Shown: in pieces, positions 24,992-38,093 of the stretch
How positions within the stretch are numbered: the stretch's first letter is position 1
Layout: the number at the start of each line of letters is the position of its first letter
Assembly: GCF_044704955.1 (NCBI RefSeq)
Contig: NC_091999.1
Location: 46,872,001 to 46,936,000, forward strand
Length of the DNA stretch: 64,000 nucleotides
From: Pristiophorus japonicus
Taxonomy: Eukaryota
Direction: 5' to 3'
Made by a program: the position numbers and the translations under genes
Notes under the pieces: generated by a model
Told to the model about the DNA's origin: nothing
The model's input: only the letters and a program-made list of their open reading frames with translations
Databases searched by the model: none

Positions 24992-26921
24992 TAAGAACAT
25001 AAGAACATAAGAATTAGGAACAGGAGAAGGCCATCTAGCCTCTCGAGCCTGCTCCGCCATTCAACAAGATCAGGGCTGATCTGGGCTTGGACTCAGCTCC
25101 ACTTACCCGCCCGCTCCCCATAACCCTTAATTCCCTTATTGGTTAAAAATCTATCTATCTGTGAATTGAATACATTCAATGAGCTATCCTCAATTCCTCC
25201 CCTTTGCAGAGAATTCCACAGATTCACAACTTTGTTGGAGAAGAAATTCCTTCTCAACTCAGTTTTAAATTGGCTCACTCGTATTTTGAGTCTCTGCCCC
25301 CTAGTTCTAGTCTCCCCGACCAGTGGAAACAACCCCACTGCCTCTATCTTGTGTATGCCTGTCATTGTTTGAAATGTTTCTATCGATCACCCCTCATCCT
25401 TCTGAACTCCAACGAGTAAAGACCCACTCTACTCAATCTATCATCATAAGGTAACCCCCTCATCTCCTGAATCAGCCTCGTGAATCAACTCTGTACCCCC
25501 TCCAAAGCTAGTATATCCTTCCTTAAGTAAGGTGGCCAAAACTGCACGCAGTACTCCAGGTGCGGCCTCACCAACACCCTATACAGTTGCAGAAGGACCT
25601 CCCTGCTTTTGTACTCCATCCCTCTGGCAATCAAGGCCAACATTCCATTCGCCTTCCTGATTACCTGCTGCAGCTGCAAACTAACATCTTGGGATTCATG
25701 GACAAGGACCCCCAGATCCCTCTGCATCGCAGCATGTTATAATTTCTCCCCATTCAAATAATATTCCCTTTGCGTGTTTTTTTTCTTCAAGGTGGATGAC
25801 CTCACACTTTCCGACATTGTATTCCATCTGGCAAGCCTTAGCCCATTCGCTTAACCTATCTAAATCTCTTTGCATCCTTTCTGTGTCCTCTGCACAACCC
25901 GCTTTCCCACTAATCTTTGTGCCATCTGCAAATTTTGTTACACTACACTCTGTCCCCTCTTCCAGGTCATCTATGTATATTGTAAACAGTTGTAGTCCCA
26001 GCATCGATCCCTGTGGCACACCACTAACCACCGATTTCCAACCCGAAAAGGACCCATTCATCACGACTCTCTGTTTTCTGTTAGCCAGCCAATTCTCTAT
26101 CCATGCTAATACATTTCCTCTGACTCCGTGTCCCTTTATCTTCTGCAGTAACTTTTTGTGTGGGACCTTATCGAATGCCTTTTGAAAATCTAAATACACC
26201 ACATCCATCGGTTCACCTCTATCCACCATGCTCGTTAACTCCTCAAAGAATTCCAGTAAATTAGTTAAACATGATTACCCCTTCATGAATCCATGCTGCG
26301 TCTGCTTGATTGCACTATTCCAATCTAGATGTCCCGCTATTTCTTCCTTAATGATAGTTTCAAGCATTTTCCCCACTACAGATGTTAAACTAACCGGCCT
26401 ATAGTTACCTGCCTTTTGTCTGCCCTCTTTTTTTACACAGAAGTGTTACATTAGCTTCTTTCCAATCCGCCGGTACCTCCCCAGAGTCCAGAGAGTTTTG
26501 GTGGATTATAACGAATGCATCTGCTATAACTTCCGCCATCGATTTTAATACCCTGGGATGCATTTCATCAGGACCTGGGGACTTGTCTACCTTGAGTCCC
26601 ATTAGCCTGTCCAGCACTACCCCCCTAGTGATAGTGATTGTCTCAAGGTCCTCCCTTCCCACATTCCTTTGACCAGCAATTTCTGGCATGGTTTTTGTGT
26701 CTTCCACTGTGGAGACCGAAGCAAAATAATTGTTTAAGCTCTCAGCCATTTCCACATTTCCCATTATTAAAACTCCCTTCTCATCTTCTAAGGGACCAAC
26801 ATTTACTTTAGTCACTCTTTTCCGTTTTACATATCTGTAAAAGCTTTTACTATCCGTTTTCATGTTTTGCGCAAGTTTATCTTTGTAATCGATCTTGCCT
26901 TTCTTTATTGCTTTCTTCGAC
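24992..26921 (-). mobile_element. 5'-truncated CR1 LINE (~1.9 kb) with intact 3' tail, inserted in the secretory tailpiece
   Basis: (ATAAGAAC)n tail at ~24991-25013. RT ORFs 26405-26932, 25696-26229 (VPQGSMLG, KFADGTK), 25485-25727 and 25093-25365. Confidence 0.95.
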
Positions 26922-26979
26922 ATTCTTGTCAATGAGAATGTCTCGATTGCATTTCAGTACTTGAATAAAAAACAATAAA
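26922..26979 (+). pseudogene. IGHM: 3' remnant of the IgM secretory tailpiece (..SCQ*) with poly(A) signals
   Basis: AT TCT TGT CAA TGA at 26922-26935; AATAAA at 26964-26969 and 26974-26979. Confidence 0.85.
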
Positions 26980-27699
26980 GGGCTTTTCTTCCAACCGTGA
27001 GTTAAACACACAGCCTTTACAATTAATTATGTTTCCTATTTTGGCCAATGTGAGGGCTGTTTATCTGAAATAGGGTGTTTGCGGATCTCGTTCCCAAGGC
27101 TTGTACAGCCAGCGCTCCCAGCTCAGATACAGCATGAGTTAGAAACTGGGTGGAGTTCTCTCATTACAGGATTCCTGAAGGTAACCTCAGCTGAGAGGGA
27201 GTAAAGGGTAATTTTTACTCACTGTACCTCTCACACGCACCAGCGAGAGGAGAAAGGGAAACGTGTAATTCATGTAACCTCCACTGCCCCTCCCGCAGGG
27301 TGATGGGAAGTGAACCACTCTCTTTGAAATGCAGTAAGTTGCCATCGTACGTTCTAACCCATGATCTAAAGATTTTAAACTTTCCATATGAGTATTATAT
27401 TCTGAAATAGCTATTTATTCCACGTAATATTTTTAAATAGGGTTGGGGGTGCAACAGTCCCTGTTAATTGTAAACTAACATGTTGAATTCTAATGGGCCA
27501 TGTCTAAACTGGTGAATGAATCCTCTGCGGGTTTCTCACAGTTGTGTCCCTGATGTTGCTGAAGCCCATCGGTTGAATTGTTGCATTCGTTCGGCTGATG
27601 TCACATTGCGCCTCACACAGAACACATTTACACAGAGCGGAGGAGAATACATGTGAAAGTGAGTTTGTGTGTGTTCACATGTGAGTGTTTTGATGATTT

Positions 27700-28615
27700 T
27701 GTATAAGTTTGTGTTTTTGTGTAAGTGCACAATTACACATAAACACACATAGACTTACATATAAAGACATACTAACAACCTGACACGTAATATTATACAT
27801 AACTAGAATATAATGAAAACCATCATTGTCAAATCCAGTTATTGGTACTCTCTGAAACTTTGAACAATAGCAATAATAAACGTCAATCGAAACGTACACT
27901 TGCACAACTGAAACTTATACACACTTACAAAAACATAGACACACATATCAATCCAGACACACACTAACACAAAACACACTTACATACATTTACACACATA
28001 TCAACACATACATCAATCCACACACACATTAATACAAAACACACTTATACATACTTACACACATATAAACACACACATCTATCCACGCACACACTTGCAC
28101 AAAGCAAACTTACACACACATAAACACACACATCAATCCACACACACACTTACACAAAACACACAAACAGACTTACACACAGATAAATATACACGTCAAT
28201 CCACACACAGACTTGCACAAAACACATACACACTCGTAAACAAACGCATCAATCCAAATACAGATATACACAAAACACACACACGCTTACATGCAAACAC
28301 ACTATTGCACTTATACACACGCATCAATCAAAACACACACTTACACGAAACATACACACACATACACACACAGACTTACATCTAAACATGAACAACATTG
28401 AGACATAACCATACACTTGCAGGAAAACACACACCTCAACACACTTACACAAACATGAACATGCATATAAATCCAAACGCAAACTAACACAAAACATACA
28501 CACACACTTACATGTAAACACAATGTTACACGAAAACTCAAACACACTTACACCTCAACATAAACAAACATTTCGACATAACCATACTTATACATGTCCA
28601 CACATGAACAAAGCA
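27700..28615 (+). repeat. CA-rich degenerate minisatellite / low-complexity tract
   Basis: Recurrent CATCAATCCACACAC..ACAAAACACAC..TTACACA units. Confidence 0.8.
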
Positions 28616-28652
28616 TCACGTTAAATTGAGTCATTATTATTTTATCCATTTT

Positions 28653-30039
28653 TGTAACTGCTGATAAAGCTTCATTTAGAAATAGAAAGATCAAGGCCAA
28701 AATTATTAATCAATAACATAAAGGTATACATTGCGTACCAGTTCTTGTCATATCTTTGTAAAGCCAAGCTCAGTAATGAATTCTGTGTGACCATGGTCTG
28801 TATAATTGTTCTCAGAGAAGTGATTCGTGCCACAGAGAGGGAGGGAGATAGAGATAACATAGAAAGTCAAAGGCAATAGATAATATGATCTATTGTAAGG
28901 CTACAACAGCTGTAAATTTTCACAGCTTTTGAATGGGAGAAAAATGGTATAAGGTAACAGCTCTTCTACTCAGAAGGCAGTGCAAATCAAGCGAACAGGA
29001 GATAAGGAGTCGGCACCACGGTCAGCTCGAGAGGACGTTATCGAGAATTAGGCTGCGACTATAATTTGTTTAGTGTTACTTTTTGTAACAGAATGTAATT
29101 TACTTGATAAAACACTGTTTCTACTCACTATACCTCTATTAAAAGCATTTGGTATGATCTGAACAAGAGTCTCCCAGTTTGAATTAAATATATACCCTGA
29201 AAATAGTTGAATTGCTATAGTTAGCAAAGCGGCAAAAAGCTGCTCATTGGATAAAAACTACATCTGGCGACCACGAAGGAACAAAACAAAGAGATATTGA
29301 ACAAAATGCAATATACTCAATAATCAAGTTAATTGGGAACTCTTGTAATTTTTTCTGTCTATTTGAAAACAAGTTGTTGTGTATCACCAGCAGATGCAAG
29401 GCAGATCGTTTGATCACCGATCAAATCTTGTGTAAGGTTGATTTACGTCAACTGCTAGTGACTGTTATCTTCATTAAGGAAGCTTGCTTAAAAATAATTA
29501 ATTTTCAGATGCCGGAGGAGTGTCTCTTGGAAGAGTATCAGAAAAAGATAGAAAAAAGATGGGACGAAACGCAAGTGCAGACACAGTTGCTAGATTGCCT
29601 CGGGAAGAATCCGAATGCATCCCTTAAGGATGTGGTCACTTTTATTTATGAACACATTAAAGCTAAGAAATGGAAGCTCGGTAAGACGATGCGTCTAGTC
29701 ACCTGTGCAGCTTCGTACTTCCGAGGACGTCAATCAAAGGTCAAGAAAGAATTAGAGGATAAAATATCAGAACTGAAAAAAAAAATCGGCTAAGAATGAA
29801 GAATTGCAGAAAATAGATTCAGACATTAAACAGAAAATTGTGAATTTGCAGAGTCAATTTGCCTCAGCTACTGCAGTAATCCAACAGCAGAGTATCAATG
29901 CAATTCACGTCGGGGCTGCAGTGCAAACAATTCGGAAATCTTGAGGTGTAAAACGAAGATCTAAGCAGAGAGAATAAACGTCTCACCAAACAATGAGAGG
30001 ACTCATGGGGAGCAATGATGGAGGATTTGCATCGACCCC
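28653..30039 (+). mobile_element. LTR element stub: LTR (~28653-29262), PBS-Arg and gag-like N-terminus
   Basis: TGTA..TACA termini and an ATTAAA at ~29138. TGGCGACCACGAAGGAAC at 29265-29282 matches the complement of a vertebrate tRNA-Arg 3' end (TGGCGACCACGAAGGGAC) at 17/18. ORF MPEECLLEEYQKKIEKRW..KKELEDKISELKKK (coiled coil) starts ~29509. LTR 5' boundary is tentative. Confidence 0.65.
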
Positions 30040-30638
30040 TTCAATGGATAAATTGTAAGGTTGCAAATAGGAGCTCAGAATTATGATGAAGGTCTTGAAC
30101 TTATAATTGCTATGTAGGTAACACTTGCTTATGTAGGTACAGCGCAAATGTATAACACATTGAACTGAATCCGTAACCTCTGTAATACTTAAACAGCCGG
30201 TCAGCAGTTTTTTTAAGTCCCTGAGGAAGAGATAAATAAGCAAGTACAGCCACTCTAACCGTCGGATAGACTGGGGTAGAGGGCAAAATGGAACAAAACA
30301 ATGATGAGAGATGGACTGTTGCATTTACCACTCAGAGCCCGTCGGATAAGTGTCGACAAATCAATGTAACTTTGCTGATATCAATAGACCTATCGATGAT
30401 ATTGCAGGAGGATAGCTCCTCTCCAAAACCTGTATAAGTTATGCTTGAAAACTTTTCTTTTTCGGAGGTGCCACGACTGAACCTTCCCGTGCAATTGCTC
30501 GTAATAAAAGCCAGTTCATCGTGGGATTTCGTGTGTTAACTTCCGTGGTCGTTATATAGTGGGAGAAAGGTGACGTGTCGATGAACTTTATCAGTTAGTC
30601 CACGTCAAAGAAGATACGCCTCCATTTTAACCCCAACA
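30040..30638 (+). mobile_element. 5' LTR of ERV-A
   Basis: Direct repeat of 38094-38692; AATAAA at ~30503; ends CCAACA and is followed by the PBS. Confidence 0.9.
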
Positions 30639-30640
30639 TT

Positions 30641-30658
30641 TGGCGTCATGAACCGAAT
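30641..30658 (+). promoter_or_regulatory. Primer binding site, tRNA-Ser(CGA)-type
   Basis: TGGCGTCATGAACCGAAT vs TGGCGTCACGAACAGGAT (15/18). Confidence 0.7.
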
Positions 30659-33600
30659 GCAGACCTTCCGACCTGGATCACGTGACAGCTAAATGGTAGT
30701 GAGCATGTTTTTTACCACATGCAGCTGTAGCATTGACGGGGAAGGAGTTAATTTGTATAAATGATTAGAAGGGTTCAGCTGTCGGACAACTTATAACGAA
30801 CCACAGATGGCTGAAAACCAAGGGTGGGATAGGTGTATGCCTGAAAAAGAAGGAATGCAACCGCGGGGGGAGTGGACCCCAGCGATCGTTATGGGAAATA
30901 TAAGGCGTATGTCCTGAAGCGTGACGTGGTAATAACACTGTGAGGCTGGTATTGATCGTGTGCGGTGCAAACAAGAAGAAATACAACCTAAACCGTGGGC
31001 TTGGACCCCAGGATCCAAAGTAAACTGGCCAGTGGGTTAAAATGCTCGCTGAGATACATGGAAAATTAATAAAAGAAAAGAAAAATGTTGGAAATCAAAT
31101 TGAATTTACAAAGGACAGTTTGTTTTTATCAAAAGATAGAAATATGACCTTGAAAGCTGCAGAGAAACAAAGATGTTGAGGAAAATGGACTGGAGGAAGA
31201 TCATCAAAATACAAAACCAAATTTGAAGAAACGAGATTTAAATTGGCTGTGAAAAAGATATTGGTTGAAATATAAAAATTTATGAGTTAAACCCGACAAC
31301 GCTTTGTGCCGAGAAAGAGAAACCAAGATGTTTAACTATGGACTGGAGTAAGGTCATCAAAAAATGATTAAGTTCAGATTCAAAAGGGGGAAAAGGTCTA
31401 AGCTATGTGAACTCAGCACAGAAAGAAAAAACTAGGAATTACAGGATTCTTAAAAAGATGGACCGGCACTGAAGTTTAGATTTTGTGCTGAGAGAAATAA
31501 AACACAAGATTTGCTCAGTGAACGGGACCATAAAAAAACAAAATGCTGGAATGTATATAGCTTGCGTGGAAACTGGATTTCTGTAAACAAAATAGCTATT
31601 AAAATGTGTGGTCTCGCTTTAAATCAATGAAAAACTCGTTGGCAAGTATTTGAATTGGATGTGTAGAGAAATTGGAGTTTAATCTAAAATGCTGCCTTTC
31701 CCGCTGAGAAGGTTTTATTTTGACAACTTTACGAATAATTTATACTATTTTAACGGATTCCTAATTTCTTAGCAAGTTTTGAAAGCACAAAGACTTGGGA
31801 AAAATTTGCAGATGAATACCCGAAGTCACGTAATGACGCCAGGCCTTCTTACAAACCTGTAAAAGAGTTAACCCTTTCCATTGAAAGCGGTTTTATACTG
31901 GACATTATTAATTTGGATTTCTTAATAAAAGAAAAAAGACTCACCTGACAGACAGAAGAAATGTGGGGATATTCAGAATGAAAACAAAACGAAGAAAGCC
32001 TATGTAACAATATTCACCTGCTGCAGAGGACAGATAGATACTTAAACGCATCAAATTCAAGAGTTAGAAGCTAAGATAAATAAGCTGGCAGAGAAAAAGA
32101 CAGGACCAGATGGATAGTGCAGAGCACAGACATAGCACCATCACCTACGGTAATAGAGATAATGTACACCAAGTGCAGTCCACAACCCCAACCTAACAGT
32201 CAATCAGAGAGGGATAATGAGTTTGGAGTGGAGGTGGCCCCGGCACATGATGATGGCTATTTATCAGTGGCACTGATACGTACGACCACCATTCGCTCCA
32301 GTGGGAGTAGAGCAGCCCAAATTACCATAAAGGAGGTGCCCCTCAGCCCACAGGAGACAAATTCTATTGAATAAGTTACCACCCGCTAAAGCAAAATAGT
32401 AGAGATACAGAACTCTGACAAAAGATTGGAGTAGAATACTGTGACTCAAGAGGCAGGGAAAAGGGTTGGGGAGTACGGGGAACGAAAGTGGATTGAATAC
32501 AAAAACCACTCTGGGGCTGATGACCGCAACATAAATGATGCAGCATTCTTGAAAATGTTTAAGGATGGACGAGGAAAGGCACATCAAAAGATAATTAAAT
32601 GATTATTTAAGATTGGAGATGATTATGATGAAACTTTGGAATGGGCAGAACATGTAGAGGGGTTAAAGATAGAACAAGGGATAAAAGAGCAAAAATAGCA
32701 ACAACAGCGTTAGCAACAGAGACGAAGGAGGAAGAGACACACTCCTGCGCAGCTCCACTGATATGTTTAAACTGCAATCAGGAAGGCAAGTTCAATAGGG
32801 ATTGCCTGCAGAAAAGCAGAGGTTTCGGCAATTCTAAAGGGAGATGTCAAAATTGTGGTAAACTTGGACATCTGGCCAAAGATAGCTGGAGTTATGAGGA
32901 AGGCGCTGGATGGCGAGACCACAAACAGGCACAGAAGGGAATACCATTAATCAGGGAAGATCTGATGGACACGCTCAGACAGGTACCAGCACCACTGGTA
33001 CCACTGCCACCACCGCCCCAACCAGAGAACACCCAATAACCAACTTAGATTTGCACCTGACCCATAGGACCATCAACATACAAGGAGAGAGTGGGGCATA
33101 TCAGAAAGCAACCCTAAGTGAGATGGTGTTGTCTAAATACAGGGGTAATGCTACCTGCTCAGTTTTGGTGCTGTCAGAATACAGAAGGCAACATAAAGAA
33201 GGTATACAGAAGGCAGCGATACATTAAGAGAGATAGGGGTACTAATAGCTCTTCAGCGTAATCGGATAATTTTGGGGGATCAGCACGAAAACCGAATTAA
33301 GTTCGAAAACTCGGGACACCAGCAGCAACGAATGGCAGGAACAACCATAATCCAACCCGAGTGGGATTCAATGGCTGTATTGGGTAGCGTGTGCCAATTA
33401 TACCCGACTCTGTGGGCACAATGCAAACAAGATTGTGGATTAGCAGAGATATCACCCATCAAATTTCCTGGACCCGAACACAAAGCTCACCGACCGTACC
33501 AATTAACACCCGAAGCTTAGATAGCGGTCTGTCAGATAGTGCATGAATTAGAGGAGCAAAGTATATTGAAATATGTAATAGCTTCCATTAATTCACCTGT

Positions 33601-36600
33601 GTGGCTGATGAAGAAACCCGACCGGTGTTACCGACTGACTATCGATTATACCACCCTGAATAAGGTGACTTCCAGACAACACCCAATAGTGGCAAGTCCG
33701 GCCACAATTTTTAATGGCCTGGATCCAGATCATAAGATATTCACCATGCTGGATATAGTGAATGGAACTTGGACGATTCCCTCAGCCAAAGAGTCTCAAG
33801 GAAAATTTATCTTCATGCTAAATGGATAACAATACACATGGGCCAAGGTACCACTGTGATTCAATAACAGCTGGAGCATATTTCATCGAATATTGTCAGG
33901 GATTTTGGAACCAGTAGACTTAGGAGAAAGAAGGAGCGAAGTAACATATCTGGGATACATAATATCGTAAGGGAAGAGACAGATGCCCGAGGACAGTAAG
34001 GAAGCAATTCACTCAATCCCCAGACCAGGAACCGTGAAAGGGGTCAGGCAGATACTAGGGCTATTAAACTACTGCAGAAATGTTATTCCCGAATATGCCA
34101 AGGTGGCCGAACCTATACAGAAACAGGTCAAAGGATGGGAACCCTCCTAAGAGCCACTAAACTGGGATCTAGATCAAGAAACTGCATGTGTGCGGTTAAA
34201 ACAAACTCTCACAAGTGCTCCAGCCCTGGGACTACCAGACCAGAATAGGCCCTTTTACGTCTCTTCCTACCATATTAACCATCATTATAACGCGGTAGTG
34301 ATTCAATTACATGGCGAAAGGCATAGCCCAGTGCCATATTACTCAGATAAACCGCAACCTGTAGCTGCAGGACTGTCCAGTTGCGTTGATGCCCTCGACT
34401 GTGCTGCTTGGGCCATCAGAGTTAACGAACCAATAATAATGCCAGGATGCATTATTCTACAAACCCAGCGTACCTTAGTAGAATTACTTAACACTGGAAG
34501 GCTAAAAAGGTATTCGATGCACAAATGGCGAGGTGGTAAATAATGCTCTCCTCCCTCCTCTCCCGCCACCCCCCCCCCCCCACCCACCCAACGGGACGGT
34601 AACAATAATAAAATACAGAGGGAGAGGAGCATCAGTGTAGCACAACAGAAGAAGATGAGAGAAGTAGTCAGGCAAATAAAACCCCGCTTGAGGAGGCAGA
34701 CATGGATCTATATGTAGATAGGTTTTGGCGCTATATCAATGGGACACCACAGACAGGATGGGCCGTGGTAGATCGCAGCGGTCAGGCCAAAGGGGAAGGA
34801 CGGTTAGAAGAGAATCTATCAGCTCAAGTGGTTGAATTAGTGGTTCTCACTGAGGCTCTGAGGCTGGCTAGGGGAAAATGAGTAAACGTCTATACAGACA
34901 GTCGAAACGCTTTCGGATTAGTGCATGATTATATGATAGCCTGGAGCAGACGGGGATACACGCCCTCAGGAGGAGGACCGATTAAACATGAGGACATTGA
35001 TAAACATCTAATGGAAGCCTCCCACCTACCCCAGGAGTGTGCGATAATAAAGATTAAAGCACATGTAAAAAAGAATTATCAGTATGAACAGGGGAATGCA
35101 TGGACAGATGAAGCAACCAAGCGAGTGGCAGGTACACTGACCGGGGAAGCCCAAGGCAGAGCATGTAAAATCAGGCCTGAGGAAGTAAATACGCTTGAGG
35201 TACAGGGAGAGGCCAATCCGCAGGAACAGGAGGGATGGAAGCAAAGATGGGCCAAACAAGGGACCGACGGGATATGGAGAAAAGATGCGAATGTGGTGGC
35301 CCCGGAATGCATCCAGGGGAGCCTATTAAATTTATACCATGGGTATGTGCATACAGGTAGAACCAACATGATAAGCTCGATGTCCAGATGCTGGTGGTGG
35401 AAGGGAATATTTAGAGATATAGAGGACCTCTGCAGAAGGTGCGTGATATGCACAAAATAAAACCCAGTGGGGAAAGTAAAGGTCAGAATGGGACATTAGC
35501 CCCGACCGAAGGGACTCTGGGAAAATTTGCTGGTAGATTTTATTGGACCATTATCCAGCAACAGGGGGAAAACATACTGTTTAGTTATAATATAGAGTAA
35601 AAGTTTAGAGACCAGCAAATCAAGGATTTAGAGAACGACACTAAGAAACAGAAGTTCCAAACACCCCAAATATGCAGTCAAGAGATTACCCCAGAGAGGT
35701 TCGAGATCGCATCCAAATGGATCGGTCTCTATCAGGTAATCATACTACGTTATGGTACTTATAAGGAGTATCGGCAAGTGGAAACACTGGACCAAGTTAA
35801 AAAAGCATGGTCACTAACTAACCAGTGACGACCGGAAAATATTGCTTTTTGCAGGACTCGAGAGCTCATGGAAATAACGTGGAGTAACGCAGCCTCATAT
35901 CAGGGACAACAGACTGAGGGATGGCAAGGCCTGTATTACAGGGACTCGGACGACATTAGTTTAATAAAACATCAAAAACACTGATGGTGTCGGACGGAGC
36001 AACAGTAGAGTTAAATAACGGACATAAAACAATGTTACAAGGAAACGAAACAACATTGGGGATGAGCCAATAATATAGAACCATAATTAGTGGGAATAAG
36101 ACCGCGGTGTGTTTTTAATCAGGAGGGACAAACATATTGCAACAGGGGAATGGGGTGCAGATTTCATGAACATCTATGAATGGGGGTGGAGGGATATCTC
36201 CAGAGATAGACCCACCAACACGGCCCCATCCACTACTTTAGCAACAGTGAGCGCTACCAGGCCCTCGACCATCACACCCTCAGCGCCACAAACGCGTCCA
36301 ACTGTGAACACTGGGGCAAAAGAGAAATTGATAAGGCAGACCAAGGATAAGATACACTTCAGGGTACGTCAGCGAATAATTACTGTATTCCTAAAATTAA
36401 ACAATAAAGCTACCCAATCATCTGCGGGTTAAACAGTATAAGCCTGTATAGAAACCTGATCCTTCGAGCACTTAAAGGCGCTGAATCCAAAACCATGAAG
36501 TTTAATGTGGAAAGAGGGTCAGGTAAAAAAAGACGGGATAGGGGAAAAAGAGGGATACTAGAAATGGCACGAGGCAGGATACACGGCAGGATACGTGGCA

Positions 36601-38093
36601 GGATACACTGCAGAATACACGGCGGGATACGTGTATGTGGCGGGAGTTGCGAAACGATAGACCTGCACACGCTAGATGATTGAGTTAACGCCTTAACATT
36701 AACCTGACAGGGATTGCTGGAAAGGGATAAGGATAATGAAAAGATACAGGTACAGCTGGGTAATGGCGCAGAAAGCGAATTATTACAGTGGCCCACACAT
36801 TGCGAGACCACACCAGAACTATAAATGAATAGAGCATAACGCAACTTAAGTAAACCCATACAGACAGAACTAGTACGTGCAGGATATGGAGCATGGTTGC
36901 TCAATGGAATACAACATAACATAGAGTAGCTTCAGAATAGAAATGTGCCGGATTGGATAACATTCGATATATTTACCAACTGGACCTTAGACAAAAACAT
37001 GACTCATGCCTGCGAGGTGCAGAGAAACAGTCATGCTTGGGTTTCAAAGGCCAGCTGTGTTACCAGACATTTAAATAGATTTTGTATTATCTATACGACA
37101 GTATGATATGACAACAGGAGATCCTCTATACCAAACAATGTAGGAGAAATAAGGAATCAAACTCGCGTGCGGTACGATGAAAAACCAGAAATTTAATTGA
37201 AGAGAACAACAGTACTAAGAGTCTCAGCATATGTAGATTGTTATAAAAATAACCAAGTTGCTTTATGTCGAGATCCACTACGAATGAGAAAAGATGACTG
37301 TGGATATAACCAAGTGGACGGGTGCACCTTGAGTATCACCCCCACTAACACAGGATTACTAAATTATCGCTGTAGTACGAGGATATGGAGATTGATGTGT
37401 GAGCACCACGGCAACTGAAATGAATGAAGGAAAACCTCATGCACCATTATGGATATTGACTTCTGCTTTACTCCACTTGATGAGACAGATATAAATGGGT
37501 TTATTATAACCCCTGAGCTAAAGGAGGAATGATCGATGGGACAATGATGGACATTGCCTGAGGAGGTTATGCGAAGACCATCGGGCCACAAGGAAAACCG
37601 ATACTCGAATTGAAAGAGAAACAAACACCATTCGACAACATAAAGGATACTCCAGGCGGGGCAGAATTTCGGCAGAACAGTGAAGACCCCAAGTGGAGGG
37701 AAGATAGATGAAACAGCAGAAAACGCAGGCGTGGCATAATTCGAACACCGAGAAAATGTTGGCTACAAAGGACTTATACACGAACGAAGCTGGACTCAAT
37801 GTATTGGTTGTCGTGCAAGGGGGCTCACCTTGATATCCTTTAAAAAGCTGTAACCGACGTAAGAGGTAGGCCCTAGCCCGTACTATAGTTAAAACATTGA
37901 AGAAAGGGAAAACAGACAGTCCTGCAAAAAGGACTTACATAGTATAACCTTGATGGGAAAGCCAACAGGTAGATCCATGAACTCGGGAAGTAGCCATACC
38001 CAAGTGAAAGGACACCCCTGGAAGCTCACCCATGTGGAATTAATTGCGAAATTGCCTATCTGGGGCAAATAGCCTGGGCCATTAGGGGGGAAT
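30659..38093 (+). mobile_element. ERV-A internal region: degraded gag-pol-env
   Basis: Gag has two zinc knuckles (CLNCNQEGKFNRDC, CQNCGKLGHLAKDS, ~32760-32890). RT: INSPVWLMKKPDRCYRLTIDYTTLNK..LDIVNGTWTIP (33539-33829), EVTYLG, LKQTLTSAPALGLPD. RNase H: LYVD..SAQVVELVVLTEAL..VYTDSRNAFGLVHDY..KIKAH..GNAWTD. IN: HGYVHTG..CRRCVIC..WENLLVDFIGP. Env (~35870-37860) has an RGKR furin site. PPT AGGGGGGAA at 38084-38092. Confidence 0.9.
36573..36632 (+). repeat. 12-bp tandem repeat x5 just after the env furin site
   Basis: GGCAGGATACAC / GGCAGGATACGT / GGCAGGATACAC / TGCAGAATACAC / GGCGGGATACGT. Confidence 0.9.
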
